64,000 nucleotides of DNA from the NCBI RefSeq assembly GCF_037042905.1, contig NC_087246.1, forward strand, positions 11,718,001 through 11,782,000, in the 5' to 3' direction. Below, piece after piece: positions 12,870 to 27,600 of this stretch. The stretch is from Lytechinus pictus. Its lineage: Eukaryota. The notes beneath the pieces are model-generated. The model was not told where the DNA came from. It did no database searches and saw nothing but the letters and a program-made list of their open reading frames with translations. The position numbers and the translations under genes are program-made. How positions within the stretch are numbered: position 1 is the stretch's first letter; every line of letters begins with the position of its first letter.

Positions 12870-15089
12870 CTGGCGTCCTGCTAACGTCAGACCCCATTAT
12901 TTCTTTTGTACATTCTAATACATTCTCATCAACATTTTTTCATAAAGTACAAAATGATTAAATTAAGAATGACAATTTCCTCCTTTTTCCCCATGAAGGG
13001 GTCAAATCATAATTTACATAATTGTATTGGAGGGAAAATGGAAAACATTTCATATTTTATAAAATACAATAATAATTTGACCATGTGGAGTGTATTGCAT
13101 CATAGACTCCACTGTTTGTGCATTCCAGTGTTTTGTGAAAATACATTGAATTAGCATTAAACAGATTTATACCCTGTATAATACTGTAGATCTATAAAAG
13201 AATAATGAACTTTAATTTTGTGTACACTGTTTTACACTGTACATGCACACATTTTAAACACTAGCAGTATTGATAGACTTGATCGGATTTGGATGTCAGT
13301 TCCATATAATTATGTTTTTGACATTAAAGAACTATCGAAATGAAGAAAATTATCTACATTTGCTGAAAGCATACGTATCTAACAATATCATAAATAACTG
13401 ACGTTGGCTGCAGCAAAAAATAAGAAAAACTGTGATGGTGATGGCATTTTAATAAAAGTACAGGAGTAATGTTCAAGATGAAAGGCAACCAATGAATATA
13501 AAGAACTGCTAACCCCAGTGCCCCTCCACCTCCACCATCCTCCCCCCCCCCCACTTCCAGCCTTGGTAAGCATGTTCATGGCCCTGGAAAGCGCGGGTGC
13601 TAAAGAGCACCCCAATATTTTCATGGGGGGTGTGCGTGTGTCATTCTCCATAGGTAGCACCCCCTGCAATTGTAAGGTGTGCCAAAATGGAAAAATACAA
13701 CGAAAAGGTATCTCCATTTGTAGTGAAACCCTTATATTTTATTTTTTGCTTGTCAAATTTCTTGCAACCAAAATGGCCTTCATTTTGTAGTGAAACCCTT
13801 CTTTTTTTTTTGCTTGCCAAATTCAAATCAGCACCCCCTCTATAAAAAAATTGTTCCCAGTTACATGTATGTACACTTAATAGTACTTAGTCAGGCATTC
13901 TTTTCATTGATTAATTTTGTGATTTGTTTCCCCTTTTAACGAGTAAAGTGAATTTATCCTACATGTATTAAAAAAATACTGTACATAGGAATTGAATTTT
14001 TATATTGATTAAGCTACACTTTCATTCAAATGTAACAACAGTGCAGAGTTTAATGAATCTTGTAAAAACAATACAAATTTACTTATTTAATTAATTAGAT
14101 ACTTGCAATACTACACATATTTTCTAGAAATTTTTTTTTACAGAGTTATGTTCTTAAAAAACTATAGACACAATAGTATTCTAAAATTTTAATTCCGTTC
14201 CATGGTCGAGAAGACATTTTATGCCAAAATGTATTTTTAATACATGTTTAACCATAGACTCACCTTTTTTAATATTGTCATTTAAATATTAATTCCACTT
14301 GTATAGACGTATAATATCATTGTGCATGTACATCACATCTTTCCTACAATCTTTATATCTGCCAATATATTCAAACTCTGAAAATACATGTAAGAAATCA
14401 TACCGATTTTAATTTCTCTTGAAGTTTGATTTACCAATAATGTTTTTAATACAGTTTGATAACATTAATTTTAAAGTTAACACACATTTCATCTTTTTTC
14501 TAGATCTATTGTTTATATAAAACTTTTAAAAGGACTTGAAAATGTGAAAATTTAATTTTAATTTCTACATAAAATGAAAATTGGTAGGTCTGCATGTGCA
14601 TGTACATGTGTTTATTAATAACAAGATTAATAATAACAAAGTAAAATTTGAATATTAAAACATTTTATTTATTCCTTTTGTCTGGAGAAATATCTTGAGA
14701 TTACCTCACTTCTGCCAGAAAGTTTGAAAGGGGAATCAAACGTACAGAATGAAAGTCAGTGTGTATGAAAATATTTCAAAAAGTAAACGTAAATTGGGAG
14801 AGAAATTAGTCTGGGGGGGTGTTTCACAAACAAGTCAGACATTAGATTTAGATATAGGCCTAGACCACTCCTAGTACCAATGAGGTCCAAACATTAACAT
14901 GTATGGACCTCATAGGCGACAATGCGTTAAAAACAGGTTAGAAGTCCTGCACCCAAGTATTTTTATGATATTAGTGATTATTACTCGAAAAATGCAAGCT
15001 TTGTCCTCATTTGTTTAGCATTTATTAAAAAATTACCCATTAACTATAATCCTACTCATACTATAAATGTTATAAAATAAAGGGAAACT

Positions 15090-16450
15090 TACATTTGAGT
15101 CCTTTTTCGATCTTTTCTTGGCAGTCAGTCCGGTCCCGTCGAGTGCGATCAAAGCGGTACGAAGCTGATTTTCAGATCACGTGATACGAGTAGTCATCAC
15201 CTGATCGATCGACTATCCTTTTTTAAAGACCGCAACAAATATAAATTTTATTATAAAATATATATAGAATAAATAATTGCATGATATTATATATATTTCT
15301 ACAATTAAAAATATTTTGTGATATGAATTTAATATTTGACGTAAAAATCGCTATTTAACAAAATATTTATTAAAAAATAAAAAATCAAACAAAATAAAAA
15401 CGCCTTGGACACAGTGCAAAAAACCTAACAATTTGGCCGCGTTCTTAACAACTATCGTAAGGGGCGCTCTATTTATAAATAAAGTTGCATATGTAGCTGT
15501 CTACCGCGACAGGAACAGCCGCAGAATTGAAGCCAGAAGCGTGGGAAATTGCCAGAAAATTCAAGAAAAGAACCGGTGAGTACCGATTTAACAGTACTAA
15601 TTTATTAAGTAACATTTATTGAATCATTACAAGATTTATTTTTTAGTAAAACAAAGCTTAGTTCTAAGCTAGGGCGGCCCAAATGCGCGTGAGTGGAGTC
15701 CCAGTTTATTAGCACGGGTAAGTATTGGGGTGTCGCCTAGGCTAGAGTGGCCTAGACCTCCTACTTCAGAAGTTCAGTACTTCTTGTCTTAATAATTTAC
15801 TTTTAATAGCGAGTGCACGCACAGCCCGCGTCCAAAACTGAAAAAAAAAACCTTTAAACATGTTTTTTGGTCACACATGTGTACATCAATATATTTGACT
15901 GCCCCCCCCCCCGGCTCAATGTTAACGTAAAAATTGAACCACCCCCCCCCCCCCCTCCCCCGCTAGTACACCGGTTCGGGATCTTGACCTACGGGTACCC
16001 CGCAGCGAGAGGCGACGAAGATCCCGCGTTACTAGCCTGCTGCACGATTTGTTTGTTCCATGATTGAAGCCCTTCCCAATGTAAATTTGGGTTGCCATAT
16101 ACCGTAGTCCACTTAACGAAATACCATAACTCACCTTGTATTCCGGCAGTTAACATGATGGGTTGATTCTAATCACAGAAAAAACTACAATAATCCACAA
16201 ATTATTCCACAAACCGTGCAACTTACATTTACCGTCCCGGTAGTTATGTTGTTTGGTTGGTCGGATATCGGCGCTGCATAATACCGGTACGGTATACGGG
16301 TACGTATGTAGCGAGCGCGCGCTGCTCGGGTATTTCTCCGGCGGATCCGGAGTCGAGTGCAGTACCGTACGGTACCGTACTAGGCAGTGGCGGGCCAGTG
16401 GAAAGAGATGGCGCGAGAATGCCAATTAATCGTTATAGACATTGATTTTC
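15090..16450. promoter_or_regulatory. CpG-rich putative promoter / first-exon region of the BICDR-like gene
   Basis: Local CpG enrichment. Consensus minus-strand donors GTAAGT (15092) and GTGAGT (16134). A pyrimidine-rich minus-strand acceptor at 12163 lies upstream of the ATG exon. Confidence 0.5.
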
Positions 16451-16904
16451 TTCTCATCCATCAGACAGGGCAGAAGTGGAAGTCCCTGGTGGAAGTATAT
16501 GAGTTAGAGAGAAGGGAAAAGATCTGTCCCCGGGATCTGTCCCGTTTGATAGAGACTTAAATACAATAACAAAATCATGCACAGGGGCAGCGGACCAGGG
16601 AACAAAGTGTGCATATTTTTTTCAAAATGGAAAATGCCTTCTTTTTTTTCAAAATGAAATATAACCTTTATGAATTAAGCAAGCCTAAATTTTATTTAGA
16701 AAATCACAATTTTTTTGGCTCGCGCTTCGCATCAATTAGGGCCTATTGTCAGTATTAAAGGTAGGCCTATATTCATCCTGTTCCTGGTTACAAACCTATG
16801 CTTACCCGGCTTAGAATATCCAGTTTTCAGGTTGGAATCCATCCCTATGCCATAAATTTTTGGCTCGCGTATTAAAAAAGTGGGGCCACCATATATACAG
16901 AGGA

Positions 16905-18273
16905 GCAGGGGCGTAGACAACGGGGGGGGGGGGGGGTGAGGGGGATGCATGGCATGTACAATCATCCCCCCAGGTTTTGGGGAATGATATTTGGTTACTT
17001 AATAAGTCATAATGATGATAATAATATTAATAATAATAATGATAACAATTATAATATTAATAATAATAATAATTATGATGATGATAATAATAATCCTCAT
17101 CATTATTGTAATTGTGTTTATTGTTATTAGCCACATTCACACGGTGAAAGCCAATTCAGACGGTAAAAAAAAGAAAATCTTACAAGTATTTACTGGGCAG
17201 GAACGAAAAGAGGCGCAAGATATTTGGTTTCTAAGACACAAATTTGCAAGACTACAAAAGTAAAACTGACTAAGAGACCGATATGTTTGTTTGTTGAGCC
17301 ATGAATGCTCCTTAAGTAAGTTTACCAACTTACCGCATGTCTCTATTATCTGATTAGCAACTGTTAATCAAGCTGTTTTTGGTATGGGAATGAAGCAACA
17401 ACTTTTTCTTTTCATCGAGACTACTTTTCAGGCACGAACCGAGTACTAGCAATACCTTCGAATATATGATATGTATTATATTTATTTATTTATTTAATAG
17501 TTTATATCAGATTATATTACAGGTATATGATATTTATACATATATATATACATTATATGCATTTATTTATTTATTTATTTATATATTTATATACACGTTA
17601 TTTTCTCAAGTCGGTTTTTATTGAAATACATGTGTGGTCTGGCCCACTCGTGTTATAGGCATTATACATTGTGTGCAAAATGCATCAGCGCAATCTAAAA
17701 CAGAATAGAAAATGAATGTGATACAACAATATACATAATAATTCGTGACAGAGAGTACCATACTACTATCTTTATAACAAGTATTATTCAAACAAACATA
17801 TATAATTATGTATAATCATGAATTGTTCAACTTCATGCTCCCACTATATGACTATTGTTACACTAATACTGATATCAGGACTGACTGGCAGGGGCGTAGA
17901 CAACGGGGGGGATGAGGGGGATGCATCCCCCCCACCTCACAAGGTGGGGGGGATGGCATGTACAATCATCCCCCCCAGGTTTTGGGGAATGATATTTGGT
18001 TACTTAATAAGTCATAATGATTATAATAATAGTAATAATAATAATGATAACAATTATAATATTAATAATAATAATAATTATGATGATGATAATAATAATC
18101 CTCATCATTATTGTAATTGTGTTTATTGTTATTAGCCGCATTCACACGGTGAAAGCCAATTCAGACGGTAAAAAAAGAAAATCTTACAAGTATTTTGTGG
18201 TTATCTTGTGGTTTGGAACAGGCTCCCACTATATGACTATTGTTACACTAATACTGATATCAGGACTGACTGG
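16905..18273 (+). repeat. Local duplication of a ~290-310-bp segment containing (AAT)n (16905-17191 and 17888-18195); second copy flanked by a 52-bp direct repeat
   Basis: The two copies are near-identical. GCTCCCACTATATG...GGACTGACTGG occurs at 17837-17888 and 18222-18273. Confidence 0.9.
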
Positions 18274-20163
18274 TATACATTAGTTTGTTGTTAAGCTTGC
18301 AGCAGCTACATCTTTTCTGTATTGTTAACTATTTATTTATTTTTGTTTTATTTAAGATGCACTTTGTTTTGTATTCATTTAAAGTATGTTGATTGATGCA
18401 TGAAGACATAAGTTTGAAATGTTTAAAGAAGTTTGTTTCATGTAAAGCGCAGTGTGAATTTACCCTGTCTTGAAATGCGAGATAAAAGAAACCTATTAGT
18501 ATTAGCATTATTATTTGTATTAGTATTATTTTTTATTTGTATTATTATTATTATTATTATTACTATTATAAGACTGAGATCAAATAGAAGTAAATAATGC
18601 CCTAATTTGAAACGATGCAATGCCGTTATGGTTCCGATTTCTTCACAAACTTACAAAGCAGTATTGTTACTCCATGGATCATAGTGATACTGTTTATGTT
18701 TTTTGTATCTGTATGTTAATGAGCCGCCAGCCAATATCCATCTATGGATACTATGCCTGTTTCTTTGAGGTAAAAAAAAGCATAGTATGTACGTATTCAT
18801 TATGCTTATTATAATGAACAGACATATTGTTATTTGTTTGTTGTTTATGTGTTCTATTCACAAATGGCCACAGAGGCTGTTTTCATTCATAATCACATAC
18901 CCATATCAAGACAACAAAGACTATACCTGCGTGTACACAGTTGACATTGGTTTTTTTTCTGAAGAGGTGTAACAGCAAAATTCACAGAGATAAATAAATA
19001 CGTACCGGTAGTGTGGTTCAATATGCAATACTATGTGTCAGTCCATTCTGTATTCGTATGCCACGGTGTGTAGATCTTGTCTATGTATGTCTGTCCATTC
19101 AAGGCGTATTATGTGTGTGGTGCGCGCACCCGTGTGTGTGTGTGTGTGTGTGAGTATATGTGTGTGTGCGTGCGCGCTTGTGTGTGTTATTTTACCTCAT
19201 TAAGTATGCATCAGATTGCACGATTTCAAGTTCAAAATTGCAAAAGCTCCCTACCGTGGGAGGGGGGACACCCCCCTCCCACACCCTCCCCCCGCTCGGT
19301 CGCTTCGCTCCCTCGCTCGGGCGCTTCGCGCCCTCACTAGCGTTGGCAGCCCAGTCAATTTTCTTATTTTACATCCGATTTTGATGAAATTTTCAATGTT
19401 ATGTTTGTTGGATTTTTCTCTTTTTATTCAAATAAACTTTTTGTTGGGGTGGACTTGTCCTTTAAGGATTATTTTATGAAGAATTTGCCATTTGCACTTT
19501 GTGATTTTGTTATAAAGCATGAATGCATCGAGTGAAGTATGAATATTGTTTCTTTAACGTTGTTTCTTTCATATTGCTGATCGTTTACTTGTCATATCTA
19601 GCCCGCCCCCGTCATAGCCTAGTTCAGCATTTATACAATCATTAAAGGTATGGTCCGGGCTGAAAATATTTATATCTAAATAAATAGAGTAAAATTCATG
19701 GAGCAAAATGCTGAAAATTTCATAAAAATCGGATAACAAAATAATAACGAAGTTATTGAATTTTAAAGTTTAGCAATATTTTTTTTAAACAGTTATAAAA
19801 ATTATGCACATCGTCATGAATTCGGTGGGCTGATGATGTCATATCCCCACTTTCCTTTTTCTTATGTTATTACATAATTGTTTTATTTTTTCAAGAGTTA
19901 CGATTGATCCAATCAATCTCAACTCTATGGAACTTCCATCCATACCATAATTTTTCTCCAGGAAATGTGCACATTCTCCTTGCTAAACGAAGAGAATCAC
20001 ACTGAATCTTCAAGAGAACAATAAAAGTATGAATTTACATCATAATTGAGAAAACATTTTGAACAAATTTGCAATTTAGATGTTGACGTTGCTGGCCGTC
20101 CATAGTTGTGGTTGATCGGATCAATCGCAACTTTTTGTATAAAAAATAATACGGGCCCATCAG

Positions 20164-20320
20164 GGGAGCGTTTCATGAAAGGACTTGTCGGACGTTTTAT
20201 CCGACAAGTCCCATTTTATCCGACAGTTACCATAGTAACAGTACCTCTCAGCCAATCAACATCAGAGAAAGATGTCAGATCTGACAACTTGTCGGATGAA
20301 AATGTTGATGAAACACTCCC
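20164..20320. mobile_element. Short PIF/Harbinger-like MITE
   Basis: CAG|GGGAGCGTTTCAT ... ATGAAACACTCCC|CAG, giving a 3-bp CAG target duplication. Confidence 0.7.
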
Positions 20321-21697
20321 CAGGTGTACATTACCGGTAAAATGGAACGGATAATGGGTAATAACGAAAACGTTAACAGCAAAAAATATATTGGACTTGC
20401 ATGAGGTGAGAAAAAGAAAAGGGTCCCAGCTTATGCCGAATTTTCAACAACATAAGTGAAGGGCCCAATCTCACGCACGGTATAGCATATCTCGCGATGT
20501 TTTTAAAAGAATTCCCTTCCCAAGTGTGTTCGAATCATTAAGGAAAAACAAGCATATTCTTTGGATGATTCCCAACAGGCGCGTCCTAATGAGGAGGGGG
20601 TATTATTATGTAAAATGATCTGTATGAACAAAATGCATATATTGTAGCGTTGCTGCATGTATTTTGCAGACGCTTGATTTTTTTTCCTCGAATGCACTAA
20701 ACATGAATTTGATTTCACAGACTGTCATGACTCATGAGAAGTTAATATTTAGGCCTGAGGCATTTTAGGATTTAATTCAGTTACAATTAGTAGCTCGTAA
20801 TCGATAATGTCATTTTCAAGTCAAAACTGGGGGTAAAATTAATTCGTGGTAACCACGCAAAACACAGGAAGAGAAAGAGAGATAGAGCCGAGAGGGTGTG
20901 GAATGCTGTATATCAAGAGATGCGTCTCCAGCATGCACGACAAATAAAATTATCGTCGACTAGTTTGGATTTGATATTTTATCGTATCCATTATCACTTT
21001 TTTAAAAGATGTTTTATTGTTTTTCTCTCAAATTAAATTCATACAATGCAGTTCACAAAGTAACTATTATAAAGAATAATTCGAACAAATTACTTAAACC
21101 CTTATACATTATGCACATCATGTAGTATTATTCAAAGACACTGCATCGTACCAGATGAGTGTGACACACATTTATATCAGAGAAAAAAATTATAAAAGTA
21201 TATATGCTTTGACTCTACTCTGCGATGACGACATGAAGATACGGTATTTCCAAACTAAAACATCCGTCAATACAAATTCTGACAATGTTAATCTTTTACG
21301 GGGGTGGGGGCTACGTAGTGCCTCATCAGGTCCCGCATCAGGTTATTTGTATTGGCAAGATGTCTATAATCCCTCTTCCAAACTCAAAAGATCAAACTCC
21401 AAAAGATTATTCTGAACAGCTTGAACTTTATGATCGCAGGAAGACATGTTGATTCAAAAGAACAAACTTTGTTGACAATCATTATAGGCCCAGTGGCTAA
21501 CATTTCATTACGTAAGAAACGTTAATATACTGTATTGTGAATCAGCGTAAGATTAGCCATCGAGCTATGTTTTATAGCTCCATGGATAAGCCCTTAAAAT
21601 TGAAAACAATTAGCAGGTGCAATACATTGGATACACACAGGGTCCGAAGGCGGTCGATTTTTTTTTAAAAGCGGTATTCGTAGGAGATATATCTAAA

Positions 21698-24600
21698 ATG
21701 CGAATCATAATACCATTATTGTGTATACTTATTTTTGCTTCGACATATATTTATGCTAGTCCAGGTGGGGACAATGAAGGCAAGAAAAAACGCCCCCGAA
21801 ACGAAGAAAGGCCTCCAAGACGTAACCGTCCAAATAAGGGACCTGGACGTGGAAATGACCCCTCTGCAACAACGATAACAACAACCGAATCTTCGACGAC
21901 CACGACGGAACCAACTCCTCGTCCAAATCGACCAGTCAAACCAGTTCGTTTCCATGACAACATGAATAGAAATGGTCCGATGCCGGACCCTCAAAAAAAA
22001 AGCCGACGTCGACGGCCCACCTCTGGTGGGGGCACTGGGCAGCGTGGAATCGGGAGTGTAAAGGGGGCTACAAGTGGTGCGCAGGGTTTACCTCAGACAA
22101 AGCAGGTGAACACGAATAGTCTTTCGTCAGAGATGAAGCTAATGTTCTTGAATGCACATAATGATTTTAGAAGTCAAGTCCACAGTCCAACTGCAGCCAA
22201 CATGGTCCAGATGGTAAGATCATAATAACAGTCAACATTTTATGTAGGCCTATATACCTATTGTATATACAGAAAAATATTTCTATTTTTACAGGGGCAA
22301 CAGTGCAAAGTAGTGATTCTGACAACATTTTAAGTGATAAAAAGGAGAGGAAAAAAGGGAAAATGCGGAATAAATGAAAAAATAACAGAAAATAGGAAAA
22401 GAGGGAAAATGTGTAAATGATTTATTCCCTGCATTATGCAATACTCTGCTGTTCTAAAAAATATATAAAAATGAAGTAAACTAAACAACTTTTATGTGAG
22501 TAACCTTGTCCATTCTGCCCTCCCGTATAAAATCGACGCTGTGCCTAATACATTTTGCTTATTAGGCTATAATATGACTATATAGTTCTCGTGTTGTTCA
22601 CAATATTATTTTCACCTAATAACAAGGTGACTGCAAGACTATCGAGAAAGCAACACTGAAATCAAAACAAAATAAAACAAAAGTGAACAAAATATCAATG
22701 ATATTAAAGGAATGTAACAGTTTTGGCAATTTTAATTTACCAACTCAAAGAAACAATTGGTTTAAGCCAGGTAACTATAAAACATATATAGACTTAAGTA
22801 AGGGGATGATTAAATTTAGTGTAAATTCAAACAATTGGGCGTAATATTGTCGATCTTGAATTTATAATAAACTTGCAAATTAACATTTTTTTAATAAGCT
22901 TTCCTGTAAAATTCATTCTAAATTATTTTTTAGGAATGGGACGACAGCCTTGCCGAGATGGCCCAAGGCTGGTCCGATCAGTGCACCTTCGGCCATGGCA
23001 ATCCGCCCAATATCTCTCCATATTCATGGGTTGGTCAGAATATCTGGGCTGGATCAGGGACCGGATGGGATCACTATGGAATGATTGAAGATTGGTATAA
23101 TGAGGTATCTGATTTTAACTACCAGACCAACTCCTGCACTGGTATATGCGGCCATTACACACAGGTAATATGAGGGGGACATCTATTGTTGCGACCCGCA
23201 AAAAAAAAGAAATTTCTCTGCTCTGACGCCAATGAACATACATTTGAGTATAGTGTGATGTGACATCATTTTCTCAATATCCGAATAAGAAATGTGGCTG
23301 TGGGGTTTGCAGATATATAGACATTATCTTTATTATATTGTTTTCAGATAGGCCTAACTCTAAAATTCATTTTCAGTTTTCGCATACTGTAATTCATTAA
23401 TTTCAACACGAAATATTGTAAGATAATATTATTACAGTGTCGTTCTCCCGGCTTTATGACTTTGCAATATGGGGTTTATCACTTAAAACACACTCACAGT
23501 ACAAAAACCCATCCTCACACAAGGAAAGACATAACTATAATAATCTACGCCATTGTCGACTTCTTTTCACTTTTTGCATGACAATGGTAATTTTGAATAT
23601 CTTTGAATATCTTAGTACCGTACATCAAGTATCAAATATTTTCTGACGATGATAACAGGTTGTTTGGGCTGAGTCAACCCATGTAGGATGCGCCATTACT
23701 ACTTGTACCACAATCCAGAACCTCGGTTGGTCACCAGCTACAATATTGGTCTGTAACTATGGTGAAGGGTAAGTATGAGATTATCAAATTAAAAGGCGCG
23801 ATATTTCCACCTATATATTTTAATTTTGTCAAAACATTTGTTTACATTCAGAACCACACGGGACTCTGCATGTGGTTCAAACATTTTTGTTTATTGTTTG
23901 TTTCTATACTAGTCTGGATGTAACTCGCTTTTTCTTGTCAATGGAACTATTTTTTTTTTGCATGGTGAAAAATAAAACAAACAAAAAGAAATCATACTGA
24001 GAGTATTCCAGTAATATAATGGTAAAGAATATTAATATTACCATGATTACATTACGTTTTAGATATTTTTACGATTATGTTGCCAATATGGATTTCTTAG
24101 ATGTAATTTAATGTTTCATATCATTTCAACGAAAAAGTGCCATGTTATAAATTATGATTCATGCACTATACATACATTCGCATTCACTTATAGAAGTAGA
24201 GTATAATCTAATAATGAAAATAGGCCTGTTTGAATAAAGAAATCTATTTTTCCACCGAAAATATGGTGGTCCCATTCCTTCATATTTCAGAGGAAATTAC
24301 GTAGGACAGAAGCCTTACGTGAGTGGTCCGCCTTGCAGTCAATGTCCTTCCAGTCATCAGATATGTGTAAACGGCAAACTATGTGGTATGATCAAAAGAA
24401 AAAGCTTATTATTTACATAGGGACTAATTTCACAATGCTTGAATTACATGTATAATCATTATGGATTGAATTTTCAGAACAAATGAATCTTTTTGACATT
24501 CCTAATCTTAAGAGATGTTGTAACAAATAAACCAAATACAGCAAAATAATAATAATAGTGATAAAAATGATTAAATCATCGCCATTGTCCGTGGAACAGA

Positions 24601-27600
24601 AGAGAAAGAGGGATAGAGAAAGAGTGGGAGAGTAGTATAATTTTCTTTCATAACTGTTATGGCTCATCGTTTATCCCTTTTTTCGTCTATCGATCACACA
24701 GCCGAGTCAGCGGGATCGTGTCGGTTTTTCTGAGAATCTTATTTTTTTGTCCGTCAGAATTCTTTCTAAACTATAAGATTAATCTTTTTACCTGCTTTGA
24801 TTAAGAACAACTTATTATTATTAATACATTTCAGTAAAACTATAAATCCGTGGTCCTTATCATTGTATATTATATTTGGACATGTTTCTATATACTGTTC
24901 CCTTTTGTCGACGAATAGGCCTAGTGATTGTAGAGGAATTATCAAAAAATATATTTATCTGACCTTTATTACCGTAGCTGCTGAAGGATCAAATCCTAAC
25001 CCTGGGAATGGGAATGGTGGTGGCAACAACGGCGGTAACAATGGTGGCAACAATAGTGGCAACACTGGTAGTGGTGGCAACACAGGAGGAAACAACAGTG
25101 ACAATATTGGTTAGCAACCTATATCAGTACTTTTCAGAGTCTCATAATGATTAACATACTACAAACTAAAGTTTTGATCGAAATTACTATCTTCTTTAGA
25201 TATGAAATTTGTTTTGAATATACATATATATATATATATATTCACGTTCTCGTTGCCCTTTCCGGTTGTTCGTTTTACGTTATGCCCTTTCCTTTGTATT
25301 GTTTATTCTATTGTATTTTTGTCTATAGGCGTATCCCGCCACAAGCCTCAGCTTTTAGGGTATACGCCTTCTTCCTTAAACCCAACATGTACATAATTAT
25401 ATTTTTCATAACAAATTGATTTATGTATGAACTTATGTTTGCAAGAAAAATATGTGATGAAATGGAATAAAATAAATGTTTTATTTGAATTGAATTGAAT
25501 TGTTATAATCGGCATGATATAATGATAGTCATTCAAGATTAACTTAGATCACGAAGTCTACGCCATATACCAAACCATTTTTTTAATAACATTATAGTAT
25601 ATCGGCCTTTTCTCTCAATGATATTGATTCTTCATTGAATAGAAATTTTCTAATATGTATTTACTTATTAATACATTTATAACTTGTATAGTGCTAGTGG
25701 AAGGTCAATTTAGTTTTTAGGACATGTAATTAGTATGAAAATACAGTCACACCTGCTCTAAAGACCACATGTTTGGTTTTGCTCGAATTAATATATAGGA
25801 ACATGTGTACACAATTCACAAAGACGATTATTCCCGTTTCCCTTGGTCAGCCTTTATACGTATAGAGGTTTGAACTGTGTTTAGTTTTTTATTCATTTTC
25901 CGATTCCTCATTTTGTTTTATTGTGAAGAATGTGGAGGTACGTTGACAGATGACCAGGGCTCCTTCACGTCGCCTGGTTGGTCTGCGCCATACCCGTTAA
26001 ACAGCCATTGCGAATGGATAATCCAGGTTTGTTATTTATCAACCGATATATGTTTGGTGGTAGATATGTTTTCAGAAGTGAAGGGATGTATCTTGATGAG
26101 GATTAAGCGCCTTGAGTACGTCTACGTGAAGATGGAAGGCGTGTGATATAAGTCTCATTAGTATGGGAATATAGGGTTCTGGTAGTGGTGGCTTATAGGA
26201 GCAATAGTCATGTTATAGTGGTATAGGTGGTAGTGGGAGATATTTTGGCAATGGAGGCCGCGTCAATTGTGGTGGTGGTGGTGGTGAAGGTTGTGGTAGT
26301 GTTGGAGGTATAATTGTAATCCCTTTTCTTCGCCTGTATACAGAGAATTCAATATCATGCGCTGCTTTCGTCAGTTTTAATTTAGAATTTTGATCACAAA
26401 TTCAATTATTCGGAAAGCCATTAGCTAAATTAAATCATATCTTTAATGCTTAATTACTTATACCATGCTCATGACGGAGAATTTGAAGACAAGTTATACG
26501 AAAGAAAAGGAAAGGGTCTGGTATTATAGTGACTTTTCTGACATATTCTCATTTCTTCCGATAAGGGGAACCAAGGGGACCAGATAACTTTGACATTGAC
26601 ATACATGGATATCGAGGTTGGACCATCATGTTCTTGGGATTATCTTCAAATTCAAACCTCTCCTTCTGACCCGGGTATCAAGTAAGTATCTTAAATGCCC
26701 CCTTCCCACATCAGATGACCAGAACATGGAAAAGGTTTGGCCGATATTTCGATCAGCTGAATCAATAATTATCATCTTACCAAACATGGTTAAAATCTCA
26801 GTGTGTAATCTTTTAATTTGTCGAGTAATCTCTTTGCCCTTATGTGATATTCAAAACTAAATTATGAATGGCTACCGGTGTATTTTGTAATTTGGGTGGA
26901 TCGTACTCTCGTGTGCGGTAGAAGCATGTTTTTCTCATGATGATCATTTTCTTTTAACATTGATCTGTATATCATCAATATTGCACATAGGATTTGGTCA
27001 TCATCATCATCATAATCATCACCACCACCACCACCATCGTCATTGGCATCACCACCATAACCATCCTCCGGTTCTTCCCCTCATCGGTATACCGGTACAT
27101 CCATCGACTTTGGTCAACGTGATCTCAATTGATTCGGTCTACCGATTGATTATCATTCAAACCAAAGTCCTAGCTGTCAACGTCATTTGCTTTTAGCCAC
27201 AACAACCGTGACATTACACGATCTGTCGCCTATCATAACACTGCCGAACTGAAAGACCACCCCTCCACAATACCATTCTTTTTTATGTTTTGCTAATCAT
27301 CATTATCAGCCATCATTGGTGTCCACAAGGAATTATGGATTTCAAATATTGAAATAATGCCTCCTTATACTGTAGGTACTGTGGGATGCAGACCCCACCA
27401 CAAATCACTTCAGATAGTGGTATGATGCTTATCACTTTCCACTCAGATTATACCGTACCCCGTGGAGGGTTTACAACCAACTACAAGATCATCGAAAATA
27501 AGCAAGGTAAAAGGAATTCAAGCATTTCAATAGTATCCCCCAAGAAAAAAAGAGAAAAGAAAGATCAAAAGGTTTTAAGAGTGCCCCTAGGGGCGGCGAC

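Noticed and set aside
16936-18283. Poly-Ile and poly-Asn ORFs resembling membrane peptides
   Set aside because: They are translations of a duplicated (AAT)n microsatellite.
21617-21697. N-terminal extension of the CAP ORF
   Set aside because: It starts at a GTG. The ATG at 21698 directly precedes a signal peptide.
26960-27196. His-rich ORF
   Set aside because: It is an intronic (CAT/CAC)n microsatellite, and the flanking CUB exons already join in frame.
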